Shown: positions 55,005-64,000 of the stretch, in pieces | How the letters are laid out: the number at the start of each line of letters is the position of its first letter | Position numbering within the stretch: position 1 is the first letter of the stretch | DNA from: an uncultured delta proteobacterium | GTDB taxonomy: Bacteria > Myxococcota_A > UBA9160 > SMWR01 | DNA: 64,000 nt | Direction of reading: 5' to 3' | NCBI GenBank assembly: GCA_963832165.1 | Contig: CAWHTE010000003.1 | Location: forward strand, 128,001-192,000 | Position numbers and translations under genes: made by a program | Notes under the pieces: model-generated | The model's input: only the letters and a program-made list of their open reading frames with translations | What the model was told of the DNA's origin: nothing | Databases searched by the model: none

Positions 55005-56219
55005 ATGGACGCGACCCGCGTATGGCCGATCGAGGGCGTCGTTCGCCGGTACGCTTGGGGCTCGCGCACCGCGATTCCGGAATTGCTCGGAATCGCGCCC
55101 GATGGCGAGCCCCAGGCCGAGCTCTGGCTCGGCGCCCACGAGAGCGCGCCGGCTGTGCTCCGGACCGACGCGGGGCCACAGGCGCTCGACGCGTTCATCC
55201 GGCGCGATCCCGAGTCCGCGCTCGGCGCGAGCGCAGCGGCCCGCTATCGCGAGGAGCTGCCCTATCTGCTGAAGATCCTCGCGGCCGCGGAGCCGCTGTC
55301 GATCCAGGCGCACCCGAGCCCGGAGCAGGCGAGGGCGGGTTTCGAGCGCGAGAACGCGGCGGGGATCCCGCTCGACGCGCCGCACCGCACCTATCGCGAT
55401 CCGCGCCACAAGCCCGAGCTGATCTGCGCGCTGACGCCATTTCGCGCACTGTGCCGGTTTCGCGAGCCCGCGGAGATCGAGCGCCGGATCGCGGCGCTCG
55501 GGGCAGGGCGCTTCGCGGACGTCACGGCGCCGCTGCGCGAACAGCCGAACCGCTCGGGGCTCGCGGCGTTCTTCGAGCGCTGGATGACGCTCGACGCCGT
55601 CGAGCGCGCGCGCCTGCTCGAGTGCGCGATCGAGATGGCGATGCAGTCGCGCGAGTCGGATCCGGCCCACTCCGAGGTCGTGCGGCTGGCCCGTGCCTAT
55701 CCGGGCGATCCCGGCGTGCTCGCGCCCCTCTTCCTCAACCTGGTCGAGCTCGCACCCGGCGAGGCGATCTATCTCGGAGCCGGGGAGCTGCACAGCTACC
55801 TCTACGGCACCGGGATCGAGCTCATGGCGAATTCGGACAACGTGCTGCGCGGCGGCCTCACGTCGAAGCACGTCGATCTGCCCGAGCTCGTCCGCACGCT
55901 TCACTTCGAATCCGGTCCGGTGGTGGGGCTGCGCCCGCACCGCGTCGACGCGGTCGAGGAGCGTTATGCGACTCCCGCGCCCGAGTTCGCGCTTTCCGTG
56001 CTCCGATTGAAGCCAGGCCGCCGCTGGAGCGCGGCGGCCGGTCGCAGCGCCGAGATCGCGTTCTGCAGCGAGGGCGCGGTCCGGATCGCGGATGCGCGCG
56101 GACACGAGGTTCCGCTCGCGCGCGGATCGGCGGCGTTCGCCCCCGCAGCCGCGGACGCCTACTCGATCGAGGGCGATGGTGTCGTCTTCGTCGCCGGCGT
56201 GGGGGCCGCGTCCGCCTGA
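55005..56219 (+). CDS. manA: Mannose-6-phosphate isomerase class I
   Basis: YAWGS, AELWLGAH, PLSIQAHP, HKPEL and ELMANSDNVLRGGLT. Confidence 0.96.
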   Translation: MDATRVWPIEGVVRRYAWGSRTAIPELLGIAPDGEPQAELWLGAHESAPAVLRTDAGPQALDAFIRRDPESALGASAAARYREELPYLLKILAAAEPLSIQAHPSPEQARAGFERENAAGIPLDAPHRTYRDPRHKPELICALTPFRALCRFREPAEIERRIAALGAGRFADVTAPLREQPNRSGLAAFFERWMTLDAVERARLLECAIEMAMQSRESDPAHSEVVRLARAYPGDPGVLAPLFLNLVELAPGEAIYLGAGELHSYLYGTGIELMANSDNVLRGGLTSKHVDLPELVRTLHFESGPVVGLRPHRVDAVEERYATPAPEFALSVLRLKPGRRWSAAAGRSAEIAFCSEGAVRIADARGHEVPLARGSAAFAPAAADAYSIEGDGVVFVAGVGAASA

Positions 56220-56237
56220 TCCCGGGAGGATTCGAGT

Positions 56238-58560
56238 TCAGGGACCCGCGAACTCGACGCACGGCACGCCGGGATTCGTGCCGATGCACTGGACGTTGGA
56301 CAGCGTGACGCCGGATGAGGGGCTCGGCACCACGATGGCGGATCTCTGGTCCTGGTCGGTGGCAAAGCTCGTGTCGGAGCCGGTCAGGCCGTCCACGACG
56401 GTGCTCGAGAACGACCCGACCAGGCGCACGCCGGTGTCGGCGCGCTCGTTCGAGACGGCCGAGTCCTCGATTTGGACGTCGAGCGAGGACTGTGCTCCGC
56501 CGATCAGCTCGATGCCTGCGTGCACGCGCACCGGCATCGGCACCCAGGACCCGCTCGAGCAGATGCACCGCGAGCGGCTCGCGCCCGTGCCCGACGCGAG
56601 GTTGCAGTCGGACGGTCCGCTCGCGTTCGAAGTGGTGATCCAGCGCGCCTGGTTCGACGCGCTGCAGGCCGGTGCGCCGCTTTCGCTGAAATAGCCCAGC
56701 CAGCCCGGCTCCACGCCGTCCACGGAGAGCTCGCGCAGCGTCGCGTGGGCCAGTGATCCACCGAAGGTGATCCCGGGTCCGGTGGTTTCCGAGGTGGTCA
56801 CGCGCTCGATCAACAGATCCGTGTGCAGGCCCTTGAGCGACAGGCCGGCCCGTGCCGCCGCCGAGAATGGATAGAACAGTCCGGTCCCCCGAATTCCGAG
56901 ATCGCGAATCGTCAGGGCCTCGTTCGGCCCCACGCCCGAGCCACTCTGGTTCTCCTGCGCGAAGCCGATCGTGCCGCAGTCCTCGAGCGTCACGCGATCG
57001 AACGTCGCGCTCGCGAAACGGCGGGTTGATCACGAAGCAGGGCAGCTCCATGATGCGGCCGTCGTCGTCGCGCGTGCCGCGCATCGTGACGTCGCGAACC
57101 GTGAGGCCGTCCACGTAAGGTCCGATCCACACGCCGGAGATCGCGTCCGCATCGGTGACGACGAGCCGCTCGATCGTGACGTCGCTGTTCGCGTCTTCGG
57201 AGCCCTGCGATCGATACGCTGACGCATAGGGAGAGAGCCAGACGGGTCCGCTCGAGACGCACTCGTTGTCGGCGATCAGTGCGCCCTCCACACCGCGGAT
57301 GCCCATGCAGACCGATCCATTCGCGCGGTAGACGGCGCCTTCCCCGGTCGAGTTTCCCGTGTCCTCGATGCGGTTTCCCACGAAGCGGACGTTGCGGATC
57401 ACGTCGCCTGGCTGCGCGTCTTGAGTCTCCGCGCGCGTGTTCAGTCCATCGGCGGCGCAGCGCTTCATGTCGTTGTGCTCGGCCGTGAAGTCCACGACCG
57501 CCCCGCCGCCGAAGCTGAACGCGTAGATGCACGGGTAGCGCGGTCTCTCCAGCATGGGATTCTGGTTGCCGTAGCCGCCCGCGTCCTCGATGCGATTGCG
57601 CCGGAACACGTCTCCTACCGAGTTCGAGCTGTAGAGACCCGTGTGATAGGTGTGGTGGACGAAGTTGTTCTCGACCAGGCTGTTCTGGGTCCGCCGCAGG
57701 AACACGCCCATCCGAGAGTTCAGCACGGGGAATCCCGTGTAGGCGTCGGGGGTGCCTCCGTCGATCTCGCAGCCCGCGATCGTGATGTTCTGGTTCCCGG
57801 TCGTCTGGTTCGCGTTCGCGACCACCGCGTAGTCGCTGTTGGCACCGGTGCCGGATGGTCCGTGCAGCACGGCGCCCGGGCGGCAGCGCAGCGCCGTATT
57901 GCTCGCGAGCTCGACGAGCCCGCGTTGTCGGCCGGGTCGCGTCGAGGGATCGGCCGGGGCCTGATACTCGCCGGGCATCACGATCACGGTCCGGGATGCG
58001 ACGCCGGAGAGCGACGCGACCGCGTCCTGGACGTCATCGACCTCGAGGATGCCGTCCTGGTCGAAGTCGCCGACGCACACGGAGTCGGCGACGGTGTCGC
58101 GGTCCGCATCCCAGTAGCGATTGGCCGAGACCGTGCACGCTGCGATCGCGGTCGCGTTGTCGCAGTTCTGCCCGAACACCGGATTGGGCGTGAGGCCCGC
58201 GATCGCGCGCCCCACCGCGTTGGCGTCCTGTCCATTGCACGCGCCGTTGCCCGAGACGTCGCAGTTGGCGGGCACCGCGAACGGCACGTTTGGCTCCACG
58301 CCCAGCCCGTGGCGCCGGATCGCGAATTCGTCCACGACGGTCACGGTCCCGTTGCCGCTGACGTCGCCGCACTGGCAGGCGTTGCCGATCCCGTCCGGTG
58401 TCGTGCCGACGCCGCCCATGTCGAGCTGGCTCGGGTTCGACACGAACATGCAGTTGTCCGAGGCATCCGGCACGCCGTCCGCGTCGAAATCGAGCGCGAG
58501 CGCGGGCGCCGCAACGACCGCCACGAGCGCGACAACGGTCGAACGAACCCCGGCGAACAT
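56238..58560 (-). CDS. Secreted protein with TSP3-like and dockerin-like Ca-binding N-terminus and right-handed beta-helix, frameshift near 57015
   Basis: Signal peptide, DADGVPDASDNC, paired GDVSGNG/CDVSGNG motifs and beta-helix-like strands (NITIAGCEIDG, VENNFVHH, FVGNRIED). ORF 56238-56993 continues it. Confidence 0.75.
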
Positions 58561-58753
58561 CCTCGAACCCCTTTTGCGCGAACTAGCCCTTGTAAGTGGA
58601 ATCATCGTCGGCTGTCAACGAGATTGACGTTCTGTAGATCGAAGCGGATGTCATGAGCTCGGTGTTTCACGGCGTTGACGATCCGAGTTGCGTGAGCGTC
58701 GCCGGTTGCTGACGATGTGTTTCGCCGGCTCCGCGGGCCGCTAAGCTGCGGCC

Positions 58754-60295
58754 GTGTCCGCGCCCGAATCTCCGAACAGCACTCCTCGCTCGGACACCGC
58801 CATTGTGGCTCGCGGAGCGAGCCTGCGTTTGCAGGCGATCGCGAACACGGCCGGGAACCTCGCCTTCTACGCGGTGATCTTCGTGCTCACGCCGATCTCG
58901 ATTCGCGAGCTCGGCGACGAGGGGTGGGGTGTCTGGCAGCTCGTCGGCGCGACGACCGCCTACGCGGGCCTCCTGGCGCTGGGGCTCGCGAGCGCCATCC
59001 ACTATCAGGTGGCGTTGAACCTCGCGCGGCACGACGTCGAGCGGCTCGCGCTCGCGTTCACGAGTGCGCGCGCCTATCTCGCGGCCGCGGCATTCGCGAT
59101 GTTGTTGCTGCTCGCTGCCTTCGGACGGCCGCTCATGAGCGCCACCGTGGATGAAGCGCACGTGGATCTCGCGTGGTGGGCGCTCGTGATGACGATCGTC
59201 CCGACCGCGCTGACGCTTCCGTTGCGAGTCTATCCTTCGGCGCTCGCGGGGCTCTCGCGGCTCGACGTCGTCGGCTCTCTTCAGGCGCTCTGCGCGGTGG
59301 CGCTGCTCGCGGGCGTCTGGGCGGGATTTCGCGCCGGGATGGAGCTGCCCGGCTTCTCGCTCGCGATGACCATCGGATCGCTGTTGCCGTTGATCCCGTC
59401 GTGGCTCCTGGCCCGGCGCCTGCTTCCGCGCGGCGCGCTGCGCTTCACGCGCATCGACTTCGCGCTGTTTCGCGAGCTCGTCGCCTACAGCGTGAACACG
59501 CTGATCTACGCGATGGGGACGGTCGTCCTCTACCAGACGATGAAGTTCATCGCCGCCTGGCGCTTCGGCGTCGCCGCAGCGGGCGAGATCAGTCTCGCGA
59601 TCAGCATCGTGCAGACGCTGGCAGTCGTGTTCGTGCCGCTGTTCACGACGCTGTTCGCGCGCTTCGGTCAGCTCCACGGCAGCGGACAGAGCGATGCGAT
59701 GCGGGATCTCTTGAGCCGCGCGCTCGCGACCTCGGGGTTGCTCGTGATTCCGGGCAGTGCGTTCCTGTTCGCGTGCGCGGACGGAATCTTCAGGGCGTGG
59801 GTGGGGAACGAGCTCGGGCAGGAGGCGATCGCGGAGGTCGTGTGGACGACGCGCCTAATGCTCCTGGGGCAGGCGGCGTACGTGCTCGTGCTCCCGTGCT
59901 ACAACGCGCTGCTGGGCATGGGCGAGCATCGCTCGTTCGGCATCGGCATGCTCATCACCGCGGTCGCGAACGCGGGATGCGGCTGGATCATTTCCGGGTG
60001 GTTCCCGGAGATCGCGACACTGGCGTGGGTCTTCAGCGCGGCGCTGGCGGCGCTGGTCCTGCTCGTCACGGTGCCTCTGGCTCGCGCCCGCTTCGGGCTC
60101 GCGCTGCGGCCGCTGTTCGTGCGCGCCGTGCTCGTTCCGCTCGCGGCGTCGGTTCCCGGCGTGGCGTTGGTTCTGTGGGGGCCGGACCTGCAGCAGCCGA
60201 TTCCCGACCTCGCGCTCGACGCGATCCTGTTCGCGATCGGCGCAGCGCCGGGGCTCGAGTGGGCGCGGCGCCGCTTCGTGCGTGCGGGCTCTTAG
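58754..60295 (+). CDS. Wzx/MOP-family polysaccharide flippase
   Basis: LTPISIRELGDEGWGVW and about 14 TM segments. Confidence 0.82.
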   Translation: MSAPESPNSTPRSDTAIVARGASLRLQAIANTAGNLAFYAVIFVLTPISIRELGDEGWGVWQLVGATTAYAGLLALGLASAIHYQVALNLARHDVERLALAFTSARAYLAAAAFAMLLLLAAFGRPLMSATVDEAHVDLAWWALVMTIVPTALTLPLRVYPSALAGLSRLDVVGSLQALCAVALLAGVWAGFRAGMELPGFSLAMTIGSLLPLIPSWLLARRLLPRGALRFTRIDFALFRELVAYSVNTLIYAMGTVVLYQTMKFIAAWRFGVAAAGEISLAISIVQTLAVVFVPLFTTLFARFGQLHGSGQSDAMRDLLSRALATSGLLVIPGSAFLFACADGIFRAWVGNELGQEAIAEVVWTTRLMLLGQAAYVLVLPCYNALLGMGEHRSFGIGMLITAVANAGCGWIISGWFPEIATLAWVFSAALAALVLLVTVPLARARFGLALRPLFVRAVLVPLAASVPGVALVLWGPDLQQPIPDLALDAILFAIGAAPGLEWARRRFVRAGS

Positions 60296-60301
60296 GCGCT
60301 G

Positions 60302-61177
60302 CTAGGGCGAGCGCCGCACGAATACGAACTCGTTGCAGCCGAGTCCGGCGCCGCAGGTGGTCATGCGCTCGAGATCGAAACCGCGCGCCCGGTAGAACGC
60401 GAAGATCTCTTCGGGTCTGGCGGTCTCGAACGGATACCCGCCGACCCAATCGACGATGTCGTGCCAATGGCTCATGCCGCGTGCACCCAGCTGCGTCCAC
60501 AAGCGCAGATATCGCCGCGGGTCACCGCGCAACAGGTTGTAGGTGAACGAACGAAGCTCGCTCGGCAGCGCCACCGCGATCGCGTAGGGGACGCGCAGCG
60601 GGCGCGGAAGGCGGTTGTAGATCCGCTTGATCCGCGTCCAGATCGGCGTCCAGGGGACCTGGGTGTTGTAGATCGCGACGAACAGTCGTCCACCCGGCGC
60701 CACGAGCGGGGCCACGTTGTCGAGTGCCTGCCACATCCGGCCCGTGTGGTGGAGCACGCCCCACGAGTACACGACATCGAAGCGCCCGGCGGATGCCAGG
60801 TAGCCCTCGTCCAGGGCGGATCCCTCTTCGATCGTCCAGGCGTCGTCGCCGGGGTAGTACCTGCGCTTCAGCTCCCGCGTGCAGGCGACGGAGGTCGGGT
60901 CGAAATCGAACGAATGCACGCGCGCACCGAGCATGCGTGCGGCGAGCGAGGAGAGCCCGCTTCCGGAGCCGATGTCGACGAAGCTTCTGCCCGAGAGCGA
61001 CTCGACCCCGAGCATGTTCTGGAGCGCGGCCTTCGCGGACCCGATCCGTTCGTCGTCGAGCACGGAGAGGAAGCGCGACCAGTTCTCTCCGAACTCGAAC
61101 CGCTCGCCTCGCATCACCTCGCCCTGGTGCGCCTTCTCCATCGTCCGAAGCTCGCGAGTCGTGCCGCGCTGATTCAC
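60302..61177 (-). CDS. Class I SAM-dependent methyltransferase
   Basis: RFEFGENW, FVDIGSGSG, YSWGVLHHTG and DWVGGYPFE. Start GTG 61177 or ATG 61141. Confidence 0.9.
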   Translation of the reverse strand: MNQRGTTRELRTMEKAHQGEVMRGERFEFGENWSRFLSVLDDERIGSAKAALQNMLGVESLSGRSFVDIGSGSGLSSLAARMLGARVHSFDFDPTSVACTRELKRRYYPGDDAWTIEEGSALDEGYLASAGRFDVVYSWGVLHHTGRMWQALDNVAPLVAPGGRLFVAIYNTQVPWTPIWTRIKRIYNRLPRPLRVPYAIAVALPSELRSFTYNLLRGDPRRYLRLWTQLGARGMSHWHDIVDWVGGYPFETARPEEIFAFYRARGFDLERMTTCGAGLGCNEFVFVRRSP

Positions 61178-61923
61178 GGGCGCTTCCTCGCAAACGCCAC
61201 CAATCCCAGCTTGAGAGCCCTCGGAGCGAAGCGCTGGTGGAGAACGGCTAGCGCATAGGCCACACGCGAGAACTGGAAGTAGCGCGGCTCGGATTCGTTC
61301 GTGTAGACGACAGAGTCGAAGCCGGCTCGCTCGAGAGCCTTGCGGAGCTGCCGTCGCGTGTTGCACGCGTAGACCGGCAGGAACATGTCTTCGGGCCGCC
61401 GTTCGGTCTGGGCGCGGCTCAACAGGCGCAGATGGAAGCGCGCCGGCACCAGCTTCGCGATCCACGCCACGTAGCCCAACGCATTCGTGGTCCGAATGGC
61501 GAGGAATCCGCCCGGGCGAAGCACGCGACTACATTCGGCGAGGAAGAAGTCGGGATCCTGAAGGTGCTCGACGACCGAATCGGCGATCAACACGTCGCAC
61601 CGACCCGTCTCAGCGGGGAATCGGCCATCCGGGTGGATCACGTGGAACTCGTCGAGGAAGGGGTTCTTCTCTCCCATGGGGTCGACGTCGATCCCGATCA
61701 CGCGCCCCGCTCTACCCCGGAGGTCGCGCATCTCCTTGCGAAACTGAACGGGGTCTTCGTGGTGTCTGCCTCGGCCGCAGCCGACGTCGAGCACGACCGA
61801 AGAGGGCCCAGTGAGTGCTCGCACACGAGCATAGAAGAGAACGGTACCGTCGATATCCGTGAACCCCCCGAAGCGGGACTCGGGATACCAGACCTCGACG
61901 GGATCTCGCCTCATCCGTTGCAT
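61174..61923 (-). CDS. Class I SAM-dependent methyltransferase
   Basis: VLDVGCGRG, IGIDVD, VVEHL and RVLRPGG. Confidence 0.88.
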   Translation of the reverse strand: MQRMRRDPVEVWYPESRFGGFTDIDGTVLFYARVRALTGPSSVVLDVGCGRGRHHEDPVQFRKEMRDLRGRAGRVIGIDVDPMGEKNPFLDEFHVIHPDGRFPAETGRCDVLIADSVVEHLQDPDFFLAECSRVLRPGGFLAIRTTNALGYVAWIAKLVPARFHLRLLSRAQTERRPEDMFLPVYACNTRRQLRKALERAGFDSVVYTNESEPRYFQFSRVAYALAVLHQRFAPRALKLGLVAFARKRP

Positions 61924-62711
61924 GACTCCCCGAAACGAGCCGTTTGTATAGAACCGCTCGGGTCGGAGCGCACGATCTCGAGCGCAATCGTCGGACACAG
62001 GCGCCCGATGTCGAAGGGTTGCAAGAGCGCCAGTCCATTGCAGAAGAGATGTACGGCTCGCGAAACGATCGGGGACCAACGCTTTTCGATCGTGATCTGC
62101 CACGAGTTCAGCCGGCCGGTTCGAAACGTCTGCACCCTCTGCGCGAGATCCGTGGGTGCGAGCGCTCTCATCGCCTCGGGCGACATGATCTTCAGATTGT
62201 GGATGCCGAGGATCTCCGAGTCGAAGTAACGCTGAGCGCGCCCGTAGATGCCGCCGTAGTCTGGAATCAGGATCAGCGCCGTTCCACCGGGCCGCAGCAG
62301 GTCGACGTGACACCGGACGATTTCGCGGGGATCGTCGAAGTGCTCGATCACTCCGGCGCTGTACACGAGGTCGAAGCTGCCCGGAGCGAACGAGTTCGCG
62401 AAGACGTCCTCGCACCGGAGGTCCCCCTCGATGCCGAGCGCCGAGAAGAGCTCGGTCGCAAGTGCGATTCCACTGCGGGAATAATCGATTCCGGACACGC
62501 GAGCCCCGAGCGCCTTCGCCGCGAAGGCCAGATGCTTGCCCGGCGCGAACCCGATTTCGAGCACGTGGGAACCCGGACGAACGCGCTGCCGGAGCAGCCG
62601 GTGGAAGTTCCTCGTGTGGATGAGCAGCTCGGAGGGCAACCTCATCCGGATCGGCGTCGAGTGCACGCCGTCCCAGTAGTCGTCGGTCGTGAGTCGGTTG
62701 TCGCGAGTCAC
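61911..62711 (-). CDS. Class I SAM-dependent methyltransferase
   Basis: VLEIGFAPG, GIDYS, FDLVYSAGVIEHF and LLRPGG. Start inferred. Confidence 0.88.
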   Translation of the reverse strand: MTRDNRLTTDDYWDGVHSTPIRMRLPSELLIHTRNFHRLLRQRVRPGSHVLEIGFAPGKHLAFAAKALGARVSGIDYSRSGIALATELFSALGIEGDLRCEDVFANSFAPGSFDLVYSAGVIEHFDDPREIVRCHVDLLRPGGTALILIPDYGGIYGRAQRYFDSEILGIHNLKIMSPEAMRALAPTDLAQRVQTFRTGRLNSWQITIEKRWSPIVSRAVHLFCNGLALLQPFDIGRLCPTIALEIVRSDPSGSIQTARFGESCNG

Positions 62712-62739
62712 GACGCGATTCGCCGGTGTGCGGGTGCGC

Positions 62740-64000
62740 TCAAACGCGCGCCGAGGCGCTCGGATCGGATTCGATCGGCGGAACGCTCGTGGTTCGGGGC
62801 TGCGAGCCACCCAGCAGCGACAGGAAAAATCGGATCGTGAACAGGCCGACGATCGGCCAGACCGCCACCTTGAGCGGATAGCCGAAGATGTTTCGAACGT
62901 ACATCGACATCGCGGCGAGGAACATCGCCGACCACACCAGCTTCAGTGCCGAGCCCTGCGAGGAGTTCCTGACGCGCGCCGTCAACCAGCCGAAGAACGT
63001 CATCCCGATCAGCACGGCTGGCATGCCGAAGTTGAAATAAGCCTCGGCATCCATCGAGTATCCGAACCCGCCCCCCATGTCGAACCAAGCCGGCGCGAGC
63101 TCGCGCGTGATCCAGGCGCTCGGCGAATAGTCCACGTTGGTGAGGACGAACGACTTTCCGGGCGTCAGCCCGAAGTTGGGTACGAGCTCGAGAGCCCCGC
63201 CCAGATACGACATGCCCCAGCGGTATGGACTCTCGCTCGGGATGAAATCCAGCGTGTAGACGAACGCCATCGCCGAGCTGCCCATCTCGCCGAAGGTGGC
63301 AGCGAGCAGCTGGCGCGGAGAGCTGCTGCTCGCGTACTCGATCGTCCTCCACTCCCGGAACTCCTTGAGCAGCGGGACGGCCATCAGGGCCAGGAACGCC
63401 AGCGCGAACACGAGCGTGGGCGAGATGCGCCGGACCCGCTGCGAGTAACACCAGCCCACACCCATGCCCAGGCCGATCAGGTGGCTCCGGTCGCCCTTCA
63501 AGATCAGCAGCAGGCCGATCAGCCCGGCCATTCCGAGCGCGAAGTAGCGGCGCCCGCGCCGTCCATCGTCCGTGGCCAGGATCCCGAAGATGCCGCTCAT
63601 CGCGAACACGAGGCCGATGTCCACCCCGCGCGCGTCGGCTCCGAGCGACTTCGCATCCCACCAGACGTCGTAGGTTCCGAACACGACCGAAGGGCCCACG
63701 AGGGCGACGCCGATCGCGATCATCCCGAGCGCGCCGAACAGCATGATCATCGAGGGCAGCTTCAGCGAGGGATCGGGCTTCGATGTGCCGGGACCGCCCG
63801 ACAGATCCCGCGTTCCAGCGAGGTGTGTGCCGAAAAGGAAGGCCGCGAACGAGAGCACGTGGGCCGCGAAGCCGCGCTCCAGGTTCGGCGAGAGCCCGGC
63901 CTCCCAGGTGTTGTAGCCGATCGGATTGCCGCGATTGATGACCTCGTTCGTGATCGGGAGTCCGAAGTAGAACAGCAGCATCGCGACCGGAATCCAGATG
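62740..64000 (-). CDS. wzy: Wzy polysaccharide polymerase (5' end outside the window)
   Basis: Multi-TM protein with GDRS, FGEMGSS, GGFGYSMDAEAYFNFG and YVRN. Confidence 0.8.
   Translation of the reverse strand, partial: IWIPVAMLLFYFGLPITNEVINRGNPIGYNTWEAGLSPNLERGFAAHVLSFAAFLFGTHLAGTRDLSGGPGTSKPDPSLKLPSMIMLFGALGMIAIGVALVGPSVVFGTYDVWWDAKSLGADARGVDIGLVFAMSGIFGILATDDGRRGRRYFALGMAGLIGLLLILKGDRSHLIGLGMGVGWCYSQRVRRISPTLVFALAFLALMAVPLLKEFREWRTIEYASSSSPRQLLAATFGEMGSSAMAFVYTLDFIPSESPYRWGMSYLGGALELVPNFGLTPGKSFVLTNVDYSPSAWITRELAPAWFDMGGGFGYSMDAEAYFNFGMPAVLIGMTFFGWLTARVRNSSQGSALKLVWSAMFLAAMSMYVRNIFGYPLKVAVWPIVGLFTIRFFLSLLGGSQPRTTSVPPIESDPSASARV

Overview
High-GC bacterial chromosomal window. Gene content and order suggest Myxococcota/deltaproteobacteria (inference). 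It has three parts. (1) 1-23.2 kb: a Wzx/Wzy-type exopolysaccharide locus with WcaJ, an outer-membrane beta-barrel plus short OPX plus Wzc export module, glycosyltransferases, a flippase, a ligase/polymerase, a GME-like epimerase and six methyltransferase-like genes. About a dozen reading-frame breaks cluster towards its left end. (2) 23.2-47.6 kb: intact core genes, namely three tandem HtrA proteases behind thiS-thiG-thiE, alr, purHD, tsaC, DUF1015, dciA, rpsP-khpA-rimM-trmD-rplS, yraN, mtnP-apt-mtnA, rsmI, a PEP-CTERM trypsin-like protease, ligA and a sigma54 two-component pair. (3) 47.6-64 kb: a second polysaccharide locus with an AlgD-like dehydrogenase, carbamoyltransferase, heparinase II/III-like and SGNH proteins, manA, a TSP3/dockerin-like beta-helix protein, a flippase, three SAM methyltransferases and Wzy. 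The most unusual signal is a short GNA-hairpin repeat family found both between genes and translated in-frame inside purH, purD and tsaC. No rRNA, tRNA, CRISPR array or transposase was recognised. All calls come from reading motifs by eye; no searches were run.
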